From: Dubosiella newyorkensis
Lineage (GTDB): Bacteria; Bacillota_I; Bacilli_A; Erysipelotrichales; Erysipelotrichaceae
Reading direction: 5' to 3'
DNA length: 32,000 nucleotides
Assembly: GCF_001945605.1 (NCBI RefSeq)
Contig: NZ_MPKA01000044.1
Span: 1 to 32,000, forward strand
Below are positions 18,484 to 27,150 of this stretch, one piece after another. A program made the translations under genes and the position numbers. How positions within the stretch are numbered: position 1 is the stretch's first letter; each line of letters begins with the position of its first letter. The notes beneath the pieces were generated by a model. That model made no database searches, was not told the origin of the DNA, and saw nothing but the letters and a program-made list of their open reading frames with translations.

Positions 18484-19381
18484 TCAACCAGCACCTCACC
18501 TTCTCTACGATCTTTTCTATTTGATCCGATGCGAACCAATGGACAGGAACTTGTCTTGAAAACCATGTCATTTGTCTTTTAGCGTATTGGCGGGTATGGA
18601 TTTTGATTTTTTCTTTTACGCTTTCCAAGGAAGCTTCTTTTAAGAAATACGGTTTAAATTCTTTATAGCCAATCCCTTGGAAGCTCGTATACTCCCATGT
18701 TCGTGGGGAGGAAAACAAATCGACCACTTCTTGTTCGAGGCCTTCTTCAAACATTTGATCAACGCGTTCATCGATCTTTTCGACAAGCTTTTCTCGATCG
18801 ATATCGAGCCCGATCCAAAGCACATCATAGATCGGTTCATGGTTTTGCGCCTCTTCGATGGCGCTCTTGTTCTTCCCTGAATGCGCGATTTCGAGCGCGC
18901 GGATCACACGCTTGCGATTGTTGACATGGATCGAATCTAAACTTTTGGGATCGATTTCTTTTAGAAGTTGATACAATTCTTCGTTGGTCTTTGTTTCTAA
19001 TTCTTGACGATACGCTTCATCCTTTTGTTCTTCTTGAAAAGTATAGTCGTATAAAGCCGCTTTTAAATAAAGTCCTGTGCCACCGCAAATGATCGGAAGC
19101 TTTCCTTTTTGATGGATCGTTTCGATCGCTTCGCGGCATTTCTTCTGAAATTCACATACGTTATACGGTCGTGAATACTCTTGGATATCGAGCAAATAAT
19201 GGGGGATCCCTTCTTTTTCATCTTCTTTGATCTTGGCGGTCCCAATATCCATCTTTCGATAGACTTGCATGCTGTCGCCTGAAATGATCTCTCCATCCAG
19301 CTTTTTTGAAAGTTCGATCGAGATCTTTGTTTTGCCTGAGCCAGTCGGTCCAACGATCGCTATAACTTTGATCTTATCCAC
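18476..19381 (-). CDS. miaA: tRNA dimethylallyltransferase
   Basis: 301 aa. IVGPTGSGKT, SGDSMQVYRKMDIGTAK, GGTGLY. Confidence 0.95.
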   Translation of the reverse strand: MDKIKVIAIVGPTGSGKTKISIELSKKLDGEIISGDSMQVYRKMDIGTAKIKEDEKEGIPHYLLDIQEYSRPYNVCEFQKKCREAIETIHQKGKLPIICGGTGLYLKAALYDYTFQEEQKDEAYRQELETKTNEELYQLLKEIDPKSLDSIHVNNRKRVIRALEIAHSGKNKSAIEEAQNHEPIYDVLWIGLDIDREKLVEKIDERVDQMFEEGLEQEVVDLFSSPRTWEYTSFQGIGYKEFKPYFLKEASLESVKEKIKIHTRQYAKRQMTWFSRQVPVHWFASDQIEKIVEKVRCWLNA

Positions 19382-21236
19382 GTTCGAATTCCTTTCTAAG
19401 CATCGAATCGCTCAAAGTGATCACAGTAGGACGTCCATGCGGACAATGATACGGCTGTTCGCATTTTTGCAGATCCTTGATCACTTGTTCCATTTCTTGT
19501 TTCGATAAGTCGCGATGGAAGCGGATCGAAGAATGACACGCCATCGTCGCGACGATATGTTTGCGAAGCTGGGCGATATCGACTCGTAGATGTTCCATGA
19601 AGAAATCGAGCAACCGCTCTAGAAATTCTTCTTCTTGTTCGCATTGCATCCAAAGAGGGATCTCACGAACGATGAGACGATCTGAGCCAAACACTTCAAA
19701 ATGAATGCCAAATGGTTCTGTTTGTTCATTGATCGTATCCACATGGGCGATCAAGGCAGGACTGGCATGGACTTGCAATGGCAGCATAAGCGGTTGTTTT
19801 TTAGGATCGAGCTGCATCAATTCTTTTTGAAGCTGTTCATAGTGGTATCTTTCTTGCGCAGCATGCTGGTCGATCACGACGAGTCCTTCTTCATTTTCGC
19901 AAAGAATATATGAGGAGCGAAGCTGACCAATAATGCGCAAATGGTCAAAGAAAGCGTGTCCCTTTTCCTTTTTTTTGGGAATCGGAATAGGATACTCATA
20001 CGATTGCTCCGATATTATCGGCTGGAACGGTTCTTCTTGCTCGTAGACATTTTCGATCGGATCGACTTCGCGCACTTCTTCTTTGAGTTCTTCTAAAATT
20101 GTAGGCTGTTTTTTTGGAATCATGCTTTGCTCATAGACGTTTTCAATCGGATCGACTTCTTGCACTTCTTCTCTCATCTCTTCCATTAGCGATGGCTGCA
20201 CGACCTTCTTTTCTTTTTCCTTCTCTTTTTGGGGCGAGATTTCGACGGTCCTGAGCTCTTTTGTAAAAGCGGCATTGATCGTCTCTTTGATCAGCTGGAT
20301 CAAATCGTTTTGCTGGGCGATGCGCACCTCCCATTTATTCGGATGCACGTTCACATCGACAAGCTGGGTATCTACATCAATATTGAGCAGAACGATCGGA
20401 AAACGATTCGGCGGCATATAATTATGATACGTTTCAATGATCGCGTTTTGGAGCGGAATCGAGCGAACGAGACGATCGTTGATCGACAAGAAAATAAAAT
20501 ACTTAGTCGACCGATTGATCTTTGGTTGGATCGCGTAGCCAGAAAGTTTGAAAGTCTCGTTTTTCGCCTTGAATGGAACAGCGTTTTCTGCAACTTCTTT
20601 TCCATACATTTGATATAAGATTTCCAATACATTTCCTTTTCCACTCGATTGAAAGACGAGACGATCATTGTGAAAAAGTCGAAATCGAATGTTTGGATGG
20701 GAAAGCGCCATTTTATTGACGAGATCGGCAATGACTGAAAACTCATAGCTTGCTTTTCGTAAATATTTAAATCGGGCGGGTGTTTTATAAAAGAGTCCGC
20801 TGACTTCGATCTTTGTTCCTTGCGGGATCGAGATCGATTCCTGTCCTTTCAATTCGCCATAATCATATTCGATGCGACTTCCTTCGTCTCCATCGCTCGT
20901 GCTGAGCACGACTTTCGAGACAGCGGCAATCGAAGGAAGCGCCTCCCCTCGAAATCCCATCGTCTGAATATTGAATAAGTCATCCTCATCTTTCAGCTTG
21001 CTTGTGGCGTGTCGCAGAAAAGCGAGTTTGGCATCTTCCCTCGACATTCCTTCCCCATCGTCTTGAATGACGAGCTTATCGATTCCTCCTTCATACGCTT
21101 CGATCGAGATTTCTTTGGCATGCGCATCGATGCTGTTTTCCACGCATTCTTTTACGATATTGGCTGGACGCTCTACGACCTCGCCTGCTGCGATCATATT
21201 GCTGATGTGGGGATCGAGAACTTGGATTTTTGACAT
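19374..21236 (-). CDS. mutL: DNA mismatch repair protein MutL (endonuclease-type)
   Basis: 620 aa. N-terminal GHKL ATPase (IAAGEVVERPANIVKE, DDGEGM, GFRGEAL). C-terminal endonuclease motif DQHAAQERYHYE and CPHGRP. Confidence 0.95.
   Translation of the reverse strand: MSKIQVLDPHISNMIAAGEVVERPANIVKECVENSIDAHAKEISIEAYEGGIDKLVIQDDGEGMSREDAKLAFLRHATSKLKDEDDLFNIQTMGFRGEALPSIAAVSKVVLSTSDGDEGSRIEYDYGELKGQESISIPQGTKIEVSGLFYKTPARFKYLRKASYEFSVIADLVNKMALSHPNIRFRLFHNDRLVFQSSGKGNVLEILYQMYGKEVAENAVPFKAKNETFKLSGYAIQPKINRSTKYFIFLSINDRLVRSIPLQNAIIETYHNYMPPNRFPIVLLNIDVDTQLVDVNVHPNKWEVRIAQQNDLIQLIKETINAAFTKELRTVEISPQKEKEKEKKVVQPSLMEEMREEVQEVDPIENVYEQSMIPKKQPTILEELKEEVREVDPIENVYEQEEPFQPIISEQSYEYPIPIPKKKEKGHAFFDHLRIIGQLRSSYILCENEEGLVVIDQHAAQERYHYEQLQKELMQLDPKKQPLMLPLQVHASPALIAHVDTINEQTEPFGIHFEVFGSDRLIVREIPLWMQCEQEEEFLERLLDFFMEHLRVDIAQLRKHIVATMACHSSIRFHRDLSKQEMEQVIKDLQKCEQPYHCPHGRPTVITLSDSMLRKEFERG
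20042..20182. repeat. Imperfect 51-bp direct duplication (period 90 bp) in the MutL linker coding region
   Basis: 20042-20092 and 20132-20182 both encode EE(M/L)(R/K)EEV(Q/R)EVDPIENVYEQ, 30 aa apart. Confidence 0.7.
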
Positions 21237-21238
21237 AC

Positions 21239-23770
21239 TTATTCCTCCATTTCTTCTTGGAGCGCTTTGAGTTCATACAAGCATTCGAGCGCTTCTCGCG
21301 GAGAGAGCTGATCGACATCGAGATCGTGGATCATTTCGATCAGCTTTGACTTTTCTGGTTTGACTTCGTCCATAATGAACAAGCTTGGCTGGTGTTCTTG
21401 GATCGTCGGGTTGGATTCATAGCCTTTTAAAAGCTGGCTGGCTCGTTCAAGCACGATCGAAGGAAGATGAGCAAGTCTTGCGACATTGATTCCAAACGAT
21501 TTATCGGCCTTTCCTTCCAAGATCCGATATCGGAATTCGACTTCATTGTTTTTTTCTTTGACATCGACATGGACATTTTTGATCGATCCATGACTTTGGG
21601 CCAAGTCTGTCAATTCGTGATAATGGGTCGAAAAGAGCGTTTTGGCTTGAAGCGCCGAATCGATATATTCCATGATGGCTTGCGAGATGGCCATGCCATC
21701 ATACGTTGCGGTCCCCCGACCAATCTCGTCGAATAAGATCAGCGAATGCTTTGTGCCGTATTGAAGGGCGTAATTGGCTTCGATCATTTCGACCATGAAT
21801 GTAGATTTACCAGTCAATAGATCGTCGCTCGCGCCGATTCGGGTAAAGATCCGATCAAATAGAGGAAGGTCGGCTTTTTTGGCTGGAACGAAGCTTCCCA
21901 TTTGGGCCATGATCACCAAGAGCGCGTTTTGACGCATATAGGTTGATTTCCCTCCCATATTGGGTCCTGTGATCAGCTGGATCGTTTCTTGTTCAGGCAT
22001 TTGCCAATCGTTGGAAATATAGTTTTTAATGCGTTTTGCTAAGATCGGATGCTTTCCTTCGACCACGTGGATCGCTTGGTTTGAATGAAAGGTTGGTCGA
22101 ACATAGCCTTCTTGACTCGCCAAGATCGCTAAAGAAAGAAGCACATCGAGCGTGGCGATCGCGGAGGATAAAGCGTGGATCATAAACAAGTCTTGCTTGA
22201 TCCGTTTCAATAGATCGTCAAACAGTTTTTGTTCAAGTTCGATCATGCTTTGTTTAGCATGAAGGATCGATTCTTCTTGTTCTTTGAGTTCTTGCGTGGC
22301 GTATCGTGTTGAATTGGCTAACGTTTGTTTTGGGATATAGCCAAATTCTGGCCGAATGTTGTCTAGATTGGTGTTGCGGACTTCGATATAGTAGCCAAAG
22401 ACACGATTGTATCCGACTTTCAGTGATTTAATGCCTGTCCTTTCTCGTTCTCGATTTTCGAGCTCTAAAATAAAAGATTGTCCATGTTCTGCTTTCTCTC
22501 GTAGAAGATCAAGTTTTTGACTATATCCTTGCTGTATGACGCCTCCTTCTTTGAGATTTAGGCTTGGTTCTTCTTGAATGGCGTTCTTGATTTGTTCATA
22601 GAGCGCTTGTCCGCGATCGATCGTCTTGAATTCAGGATACGCGTTTAGTTTTGAGGCGTAGTCCATGAGCGGAGCAGCGTGTTCTAAGGAAGAAACGAGC
22701 TGAAGAACATCGCGTGGACTCGCGTTTCCATAAGCGATACGAGAAGCTAATCGTTCCATATCGTATATGAATGTCAGATGTTCTTTCATATTTTCGCGCA
22801 ATAAAAAATCATCGATGAGCTGTTCGACAGCGTCTTGTCGCTGTTCGATCCTTTTTTGATCATAGAGTGGGTGCGAGATCCAGTCTTTGAGTTTTCGTGA
22901 TCCCATTGCGCTTTGCGTATGATTCATGAACGAATAGAGCGAGATTGCTTTATTCGAGCTTGAGCGGCTTTCTAGAAGTTCGAGATGGAGTTTCGTTTCA
23001 TAATCCATTTGAAGGATCGTTTTTTTTTGGTCCAACGTGATCGGTAAAAAATGATCGATATGTTGTTTTTGGGTCTTTTTCAAATAGCCCATCAATAGCT
23101 GCAGAGCGATCTTGATATGCTGGTCTTGGTTGACCAAGAGCGCTTCATCTTCTTGTTCGAGATCGATACGCGTTTGGGTCGAAATCACAAATTGATCCAT
23201 TTCTTCGAGCGCTTGGCGCCATTTCTTATCAAAGCTCGCTTCGATGATGATTTCTTTGACTTCGTTTTCGAGTAGCGTTTTTTGAAGTGCGACGATCGAT
23301 CTTTCGATTTGAAGAGCTCTTAATTCTCCTGTCGATAATTCGGCAAGAAGGATCGTGATGTTGAAAGCAGAAGGATGAAGGACGGCTAAATAATTAAGAC
23401 GGCTAGCTTCTTGGTTTTCATCCATGAATGTGCCTGGCGTGATGATCTTGATGATCCCGCGTTCAACAAGTCCTTTCGAGGTAGCTGGATCGGAGAGCTG
23501 TTCGCAGATCGCGACTTTATATCCTTTCTTGATGAGTCTTTGTATATACGATTTGGCGGCATGGTAGGGAATACCGCACATCGGAACTTTTTCATTGTTT
23601 CCAGCTGCTCTTCCTGTCAATACAAGATCGAGTTCTTGAGAGGCTAGTTTCGCGTCTTCAAAAAACATTTCATAGAAATCCCCGAGTCGATAGAATAAAA
23701 ACGAATCTGGGTTTTCTTCTTTTAATTGAAGATAGTGCTGCATCATTGGAGTGTATTTTTTCTTATCCAT
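21239..23770 (-). CDS. mutS: DNA mismatch repair protein MutS
   Basis: Start set at MDKKKYTPMMQHYL (ATG 23768-23770), the canonical MutS N-terminus. Contains GPNMGGKST Walker A and DEIGRGT. The ORF is open 34 codons further upstream, but that extension runs through the promoter. Confidence 0.95.
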   Translation of the reverse strand: MDKKKYTPMMQHYLQLKEENPDSFLFYRLGDFYEMFFEDAKLASQELDLVLTGRAAGNNEKVPMCGIPYHAAKSYIQRLIKKGYKVAICEQLSDPATSKGLVERGIIKIITPGTFMDENQEASRLNYLAVLHPSAFNITILLAELSTGELRALQIERSIVALQKTLLENEVKEIIIEASFDKKWRQALEEMDQFVISTQTRIDLEQEDEALLVNQDQHIKIALQLLMGYLKKTQKQHIDHFLPITLDQKKTILQMDYETKLHLELLESRSSSNKAISLYSFMNHTQSAMGSRKLKDWISHPLYDQKRIEQRQDAVEQLIDDFLLRENMKEHLTFIYDMERLASRIAYGNASPRDVLQLVSSLEHAAPLMDYASKLNAYPEFKTIDRGQALYEQIKNAIQEEPSLNLKEGGVIQQGYSQKLDLLREKAEHGQSFILELENRERERTGIKSLKVGYNRVFGYYIEVRNTNLDNIRPEFGYIPKQTLANSTRYATQELKEQEESILHAKQSMIELEQKLFDDLLKRIKQDLFMIHALSSAIATLDVLLSLAILASQEGYVRPTFHSNQAIHVVEGKHPILAKRIKNYISNDWQMPEQETIQLITGPNMGGKSTYMRQNALLVIMAQMGSFVPAKKADLPLFDRIFTRIGASDDLLTGKSTFMVEMIEANYALQYGTKHSLILFDEIGRGTATYDGMAISQAIMEYIDSALQAKTLFSTHYHELTDLAQSHGSIKNVHVDVKEKNNEVEFRYRILEGKADKSFGINVARLAHLPSIVLERASQLLKGYESNPTIQEHQPSLFIMDEVKPEKSKLIEMIHDLDVDQLSPREALECLYELKALQEEMEE

Positions 23771-23776
23771 GGAGTT

Positions 23777-23785
23777 ATTATAGCA
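23777..23785 (-). promoter_or_regulatory. Extended -10 promoter (TGcTATAAT) of mutS, positioned for a leaderless transcript
   Basis: On the minus strand, TGCTATAAT is followed by aactcc (6 nt) and then the mutS ATG. No SD is present. Confidence 0.4.
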
Positions 23786-23859
23786 AATACTTTTTGAAAT
23801 GCTTAGCTTCATCGATTCTGTGGTATGATAAAAGTTACTTAAAAGAAGGAGGGTTCTTG

Positions 23860-25053
23860 ATGAAGCGGACAATCAAAATTGGAAAAATGACGATCCAGCT
23901 CGATTTCACTTTGATCCTCATTTTGTTGTGGATGTGTCTTTTGAGCAGCTTGGCATTGTACACTTCATTCAATCTTATATCGACCGGTTCAGGGAGTCGT
24001 TACTTGATGATGCAGATCGTATGGTATGCGGTTGGTTTCTTCGTGATGTTTTTGATTAGTCACTTCAACAATCGGATCTTATTCCGGTATATGAAGCCAG
24101 CTTATAATTTTTTGATGATATGCCTTGTGTATTTGTTTTTATCGATGCTTTGTATTCGTTTTTTTGGTTTTCATTTGCCATTGGCTCCCGATATCAATGG
24201 AGCGGTTTCTTGGTTTAGGATCCCTTTTATATCAAGCTTTCAGCCTAGCGAGTTCATCAAGATCGTTTTGATCATCTTATGCGCTAGAACGATCACGAAG
24301 TTTCAACGTTCTCATCGCGATCCGAGTCCAAAGGATGATTTTTTGATGTTATGGGAGATCGCGAAAGTGCTGCTTCCGCCATTGATCTTGATCTTTTTAC
24401 AGCCGGATACGGGAGTTTGTATCATTATTGGTTTCACGATCTTAGTCATGATCTTATGTTCGGGGATCCGAAAAGAATATATTTATGGTTTGTTTGGATT
24501 GTTGATCTTTGTGGTTGCTTTATTTTTCTATTTGTATTTCTTCCAACACGATTTTTTATCTTCGATCATTTCCAATTACCGCTTGCAACGGATCGATGCT
24601 TGGCTTGATCCAGAAAGCAATATCCGGGGCAGCTCGAATCAATTGTATACAGCTTTGTTGTCGTTAGGTTCTGCTGGATTTTTTGGATATGGTTTGCAGC
24701 CAAATATCATCGCGATCCCAGAAGCGCAAACCGACTTTATTTTCGCGGCGTTTGGTCAAAGTTTTGGTTTGGTCGGAACGACTTTGATCTTGGCCTCTTG
24801 TATATTGTTGGATCTTTATTTGTGCAAGATCGCGTATGCAACAAAAAACCGCACGGATCGATTGATCGTGATCGGTGTTATCGCGATGTTGTTTTACCAG
24901 CAGATGCAGAATTTAGGAATGATCGTTGGTTTATTGCCGATCACAGGGATCACCCTTCCTTTCATTTCCTATGGAGGCAGCAGTATTCTTTCCTACTTCA
25001 TCGCTTTTGGTTTTATCGCCAACGCTGAACCGAAAGTAAAAAAAAGAACCTAG
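23860..25053 (+). CDS. FtsW/RodA/SpoVE family peptidoglycan glycosyltransferase
   Basis: Start at the ATG at 23860 after SD AAGGAGGG. About 10 TM segments, with FQPSEF.K and PITGITLPFISYGGSS motifs. Upstream extended -10 TGgTATGAT at 23820-23828. Confidence 0.9.
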   Translation: MKRTIKIGKMTIQLDFTLILILLWMCLLSSLALYTSFNLISTGSGSRYLMMQIVWYAVGFFVMFLISHFNNRILFRYMKPAYNFLMICLVYLFLSMLCIRFFGFHLPLAPDINGAVSWFRIPFISSFQPSEFIKIVLIILCARTITKFQRSHRDPSPKDDFLMLWEIAKVLLPPLILIFLQPDTGVCIIIGFTILVMILCSGIRKEYIYGLFGLLIFVVALFFYLYFFQHDFLSSIISNYRLQRIDAWLDPESNIRGSSNQLYTALLSLGSAGFFGYGLQPNIIAIPEAQTDFIFAAFGQSFGLVGTTLILASCILLDLYLCKIAYATKNRTDRLIVIGVIAMLFYQQMQNLGMIVGLLPITGITLPFISYGGSSILSYFIAFGFIANAEPKVKKRT

Positions 25054-25073
25054 CAGCTTAATATAGGTTCTTT
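25043..25073. terminator. Hairpin shared by the convergent rodA/ftsW and NAD kinase gene ends
   Basis: aaagaaccta (25043-25052) / taggttcttt (25064-25073) with an 11-nt loop. A T-run follows only on the minus strand. Both stop codons lie inside the structure. Confidence 0.4.
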
Positions 25074-25831
25074 AGACGTTTTAAATAAGAGTACGGTCGA
25101 TATCGAAAAAACCGTACTTTTTTTGTAGATGTTTTGATCTCGACTTTTTTTGTATCTCGCAACGATCGTTCAAAATAATCGTAACAAAGCTGGGCTTCGT
25201 CCATTTCTTCGGATTCAATCGTAATGATTCGATCATCCCGCATAATGTATGGATTTTTAAGCGAATGATGGCCTTTATGACTGATTGGCATGATTTCGCA
25301 AAGTTCCATGACAGAAAGTCCATCATCGATCACCGCACCTCCTAATGCCCGGTTGATCGCTGTCGATCCGGATTGTGAGCATACACAAATTCCCGAACCT
25401 GTAGAACGTTCAAAAAATTCATGATTGATATAAATATCGAGTTTGAGTGTTCTCGAAAACGATTCGATCCTAAACTCATTAAACGCATAGAGAACTTGAC
25501 CATCTTCTAAAGTGAGTTCTAGAAGTGAGAACTCGTCATAACTTGGAGGATTGTGGCTAACATCTTGTAAAAACAATGGAATCTGAGATTGCGTATAATC
25601 TGTGAAGAATCCTAGGGTTCCTGTATGGATCCCGATAAATCCGATTTGATCCAATTGGTCTATATAGTGATGGATCGCTCTAAGCAGCGTGCCATCTCCT
25701 CCTATAGAAATCACGACCGTAGGTTCTTTTTCGTCATAGATCCATCCGATCGCTTCACATTCTTTTCGGATCAGAGAGCTGATCTTGCGAGAATGTTCGT
25801 CATCTCGAATAATTGTCGTAAATCGTATCAT
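25058..25831 (-). CDS. nadK: NAD kinase
   Basis: ISIGGDGTLL, GIHTGTLGF, STAINRALGG motifs. Start set at MIRFTT (25829-25831) because the extended -10 TGgTACAAT (25857-25865) overlaps the upstream ATG at 25856-25858. Confidence 0.9.
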   Translation of the reverse strand: MIRFTTIIRDDEHSRKISSLIRKECEAIGWIYDEKEPTVVISIGGDGTLLRAIHHYIDQLDQIGFIGIHTGTLGFFTDYTQSQIPLFLQDVSHNPPSYDEFSLLELTLEDGQVLYAFNEFRIESFSRTLKLDIYINHEFFERSTGSGICVCSQSGSTAINRALGGAVIDDGLSVMELCEIMPISHKGHHSLKNPYIMRDDRIITIESEEMDEAQLCYDYFERSLRDTKKVEIKTSTKKVRFFRYRPYSYLKRLKNLY

Positions 25832-25887
25832 ATTACTACCTGTCTTTTCTGAATCCATTGTACCATTCTTTTAAAGAAGGAGATACT

Positions 25888-26454
25888 ATGGCTGAAGATT
25901 TAAAAAATAAAGAACGTGAATTAAAGATCATGCTCACCCAGGATCAATTTGAATCCTTACTCAACTCCTATGATTTTCCGATAACGATCCGACAAACAAA
26001 TACGTATTACGACACAGTGGATCACCGTGTGAAAAAAATGAATGGCGCTTTACGGCTCCGCAAGATCGAAGATCGTACTATTTTTACTTTAAAAAAGAGG
26101 ATCGATCCGATCACCTTGATCGAACTGGAAAAAGATGTCGATACAGACGATCTTCGATCGATCGAGGATCCAGAGATCTTGGATTGGCTCAAACAATATG
26201 GAATTTCGAAAGAGCATGTTGCTCCAATCGTTCAATTTTCAACGATTCGTCATATCCTCAATACGAAAGATGCGCAAATTTGTTTAGATGAAAACAAATT
26301 TGAACATTCGATGGATTATGAATTAGAATATGAATATAAAGTTGATCACGATGGTGTGCATGACCTGAATGTGTTTCTCAATAAAATTGGTATCCAATAT
26401 ACAAAAAATGGCCCTAGCAAACTGCAAAGAGCCATGATCGATCAACAACATTAA
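25888..26454 (+). CDS. CYTH domain protein (triphosphate tunnel metalloenzyme family, YjbK-like)
   Basis: Starts MAEDLKNKERELKIMLT (the E.K signature of CYTH) after SD AAGGAG. About 188 aa. Lies next to NAD kinase, like yjbK near ppnKA in Bacillus. Confidence 0.75.
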   Translation: MAEDLKNKERELKIMLTQDQFESLLNSYDFPITIRQTNTYYDTVDHRVKKMNGALRLRKIEDRTIFTLKKRIDPITLIELEKDVDTDDLRSIEDPEILDWLKQYGISKEHVAPIVQFSTIRHILNTKDAQICLDENKFEHSMDYELEYEYKVDHDGVHDLNVFLNKIGIQYTKNGPSKLQRAMIDQQH

Positions 26455-27005
26455 ATTTTATGAAGCAAACGATAGAAGAAGGATTTTGAATTGTATTCTT
26501 CTTCTTTTCTTTTCATTTCTTCATTCGAACGTTTTAAATCGTTCAAAGTTGTGATTTCATCTTTCAATTTCTGATTTTCCGATTCTAATTCAGATATTTT
26601 CTGTTCATTGTTTTTATTTTCCAATAAAAATGATTGACGGCTTTTTTCAACTTCCAAGAGAAGACGTTCTTTGTAGAGCTGTTCGATTTGAAGAGCCGCC
26701 TTCTCTTTCTCTTCTATGATCGCTTTTAACTTTTCATTTTCATATCGCAATTCCATCTCTACGGTTGAGATTTCTTGCTTCTCTTTTCTAAAATAAGTTG
26801 ATAAACATTCGACCCCTTCTGCCCGGATCGTGATCCTTCGAGTTTCAGGATTTTTATATTTCCAGTCTTTGTCTGGATGATCTTTGATTAGCTTCGCGAC
26901 CGCTTTATCTACTGTATTTCGTGATTTATGAAAATGTTCGCAGATCTGCGCGATTTCCATATCATAATAAACATCGATCGGATCTTTCGAATTGGATATA
27001 TTCAT
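26451..27005 (-). CDS. Orphan HTH + long coiled-coil protein (hypothetical; architecture reminiscent of plasmid-associated HTH/DUF536-type proteins)
   Basis: 184 aa with a strong SD (AAAGGAGAgctgtATG). N-terminal HTH-like EIAQICEHFHKSRNTVDKAVAKL, about 90 aa of E/K/L heptad-rich sequence, and a hydrophobic C-terminal tail SFFYRLLHKI. Lower GC than its left-hand neighbours. Its stop overlaps the CYTH stop (TTAA). Confidence 0.65.
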   Translation of the reverse strand: MNISNSKDPIDVYYDMEIAQICEHFHKSRNTVDKAVAKLIKDHPDKDWKYKNPETRRITIRAEGVECLSTYFRKEKQEISTVEMELRYENEKLKAIIEEKEKAALQIEQLYKERLLLEVEKSRQSFLLENKNNEQKISELESENQKLKDEITTLNDLKRSNEEMKRKEEEYNSKSFFYRLLHKI

Positions 27006-27020
27006 ACAGCTCTCCTTTCT

Positions 27021-27036
27021 CGTTTCACGTGAAAAT
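27021..27036. other. parS-like palindrome (13/16 to consensus) in the 5' UTR of the HTH gene
   Basis: cGTTTCACGTGAAAat. The inner 12 bp are a perfect palindrome. It lies between the extended -10 (TGcTATACT, 27037-27045 on the minus strand) and the SD. Confidence 0.55.
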
Positions 27037-27150
27037 AGTATAGCACATTGGTCAATTTACTCGTGCTTCATAAGATTGTCATAGGAAACTTTTTTTGATA
27101 CAAACAATCCATATAAAAACAGAAACGAAGAAAAAAAGCAAGGGATAATC

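Noticed and set aside
23771-23872. 34-codon N-terminal extension of MutS (ORF start at 23872)
   Set aside because: The extension is not MutS-like, has no SD, and runs through the divergent promoter region and into the rodA/ftsW start. The conserved MutS N-terminus begins at the ATG at 23770.
27023-27034. TTTCACGTGAAA as the operator of a novel transcription factor
   Set aside because: I reinterpreted it because the middle copy is a perfect 16-bp parS consensus, so ParB binding is the parsimonious explanation. Binding by the adjacent HTH protein is kept only as an alternative in the findings.
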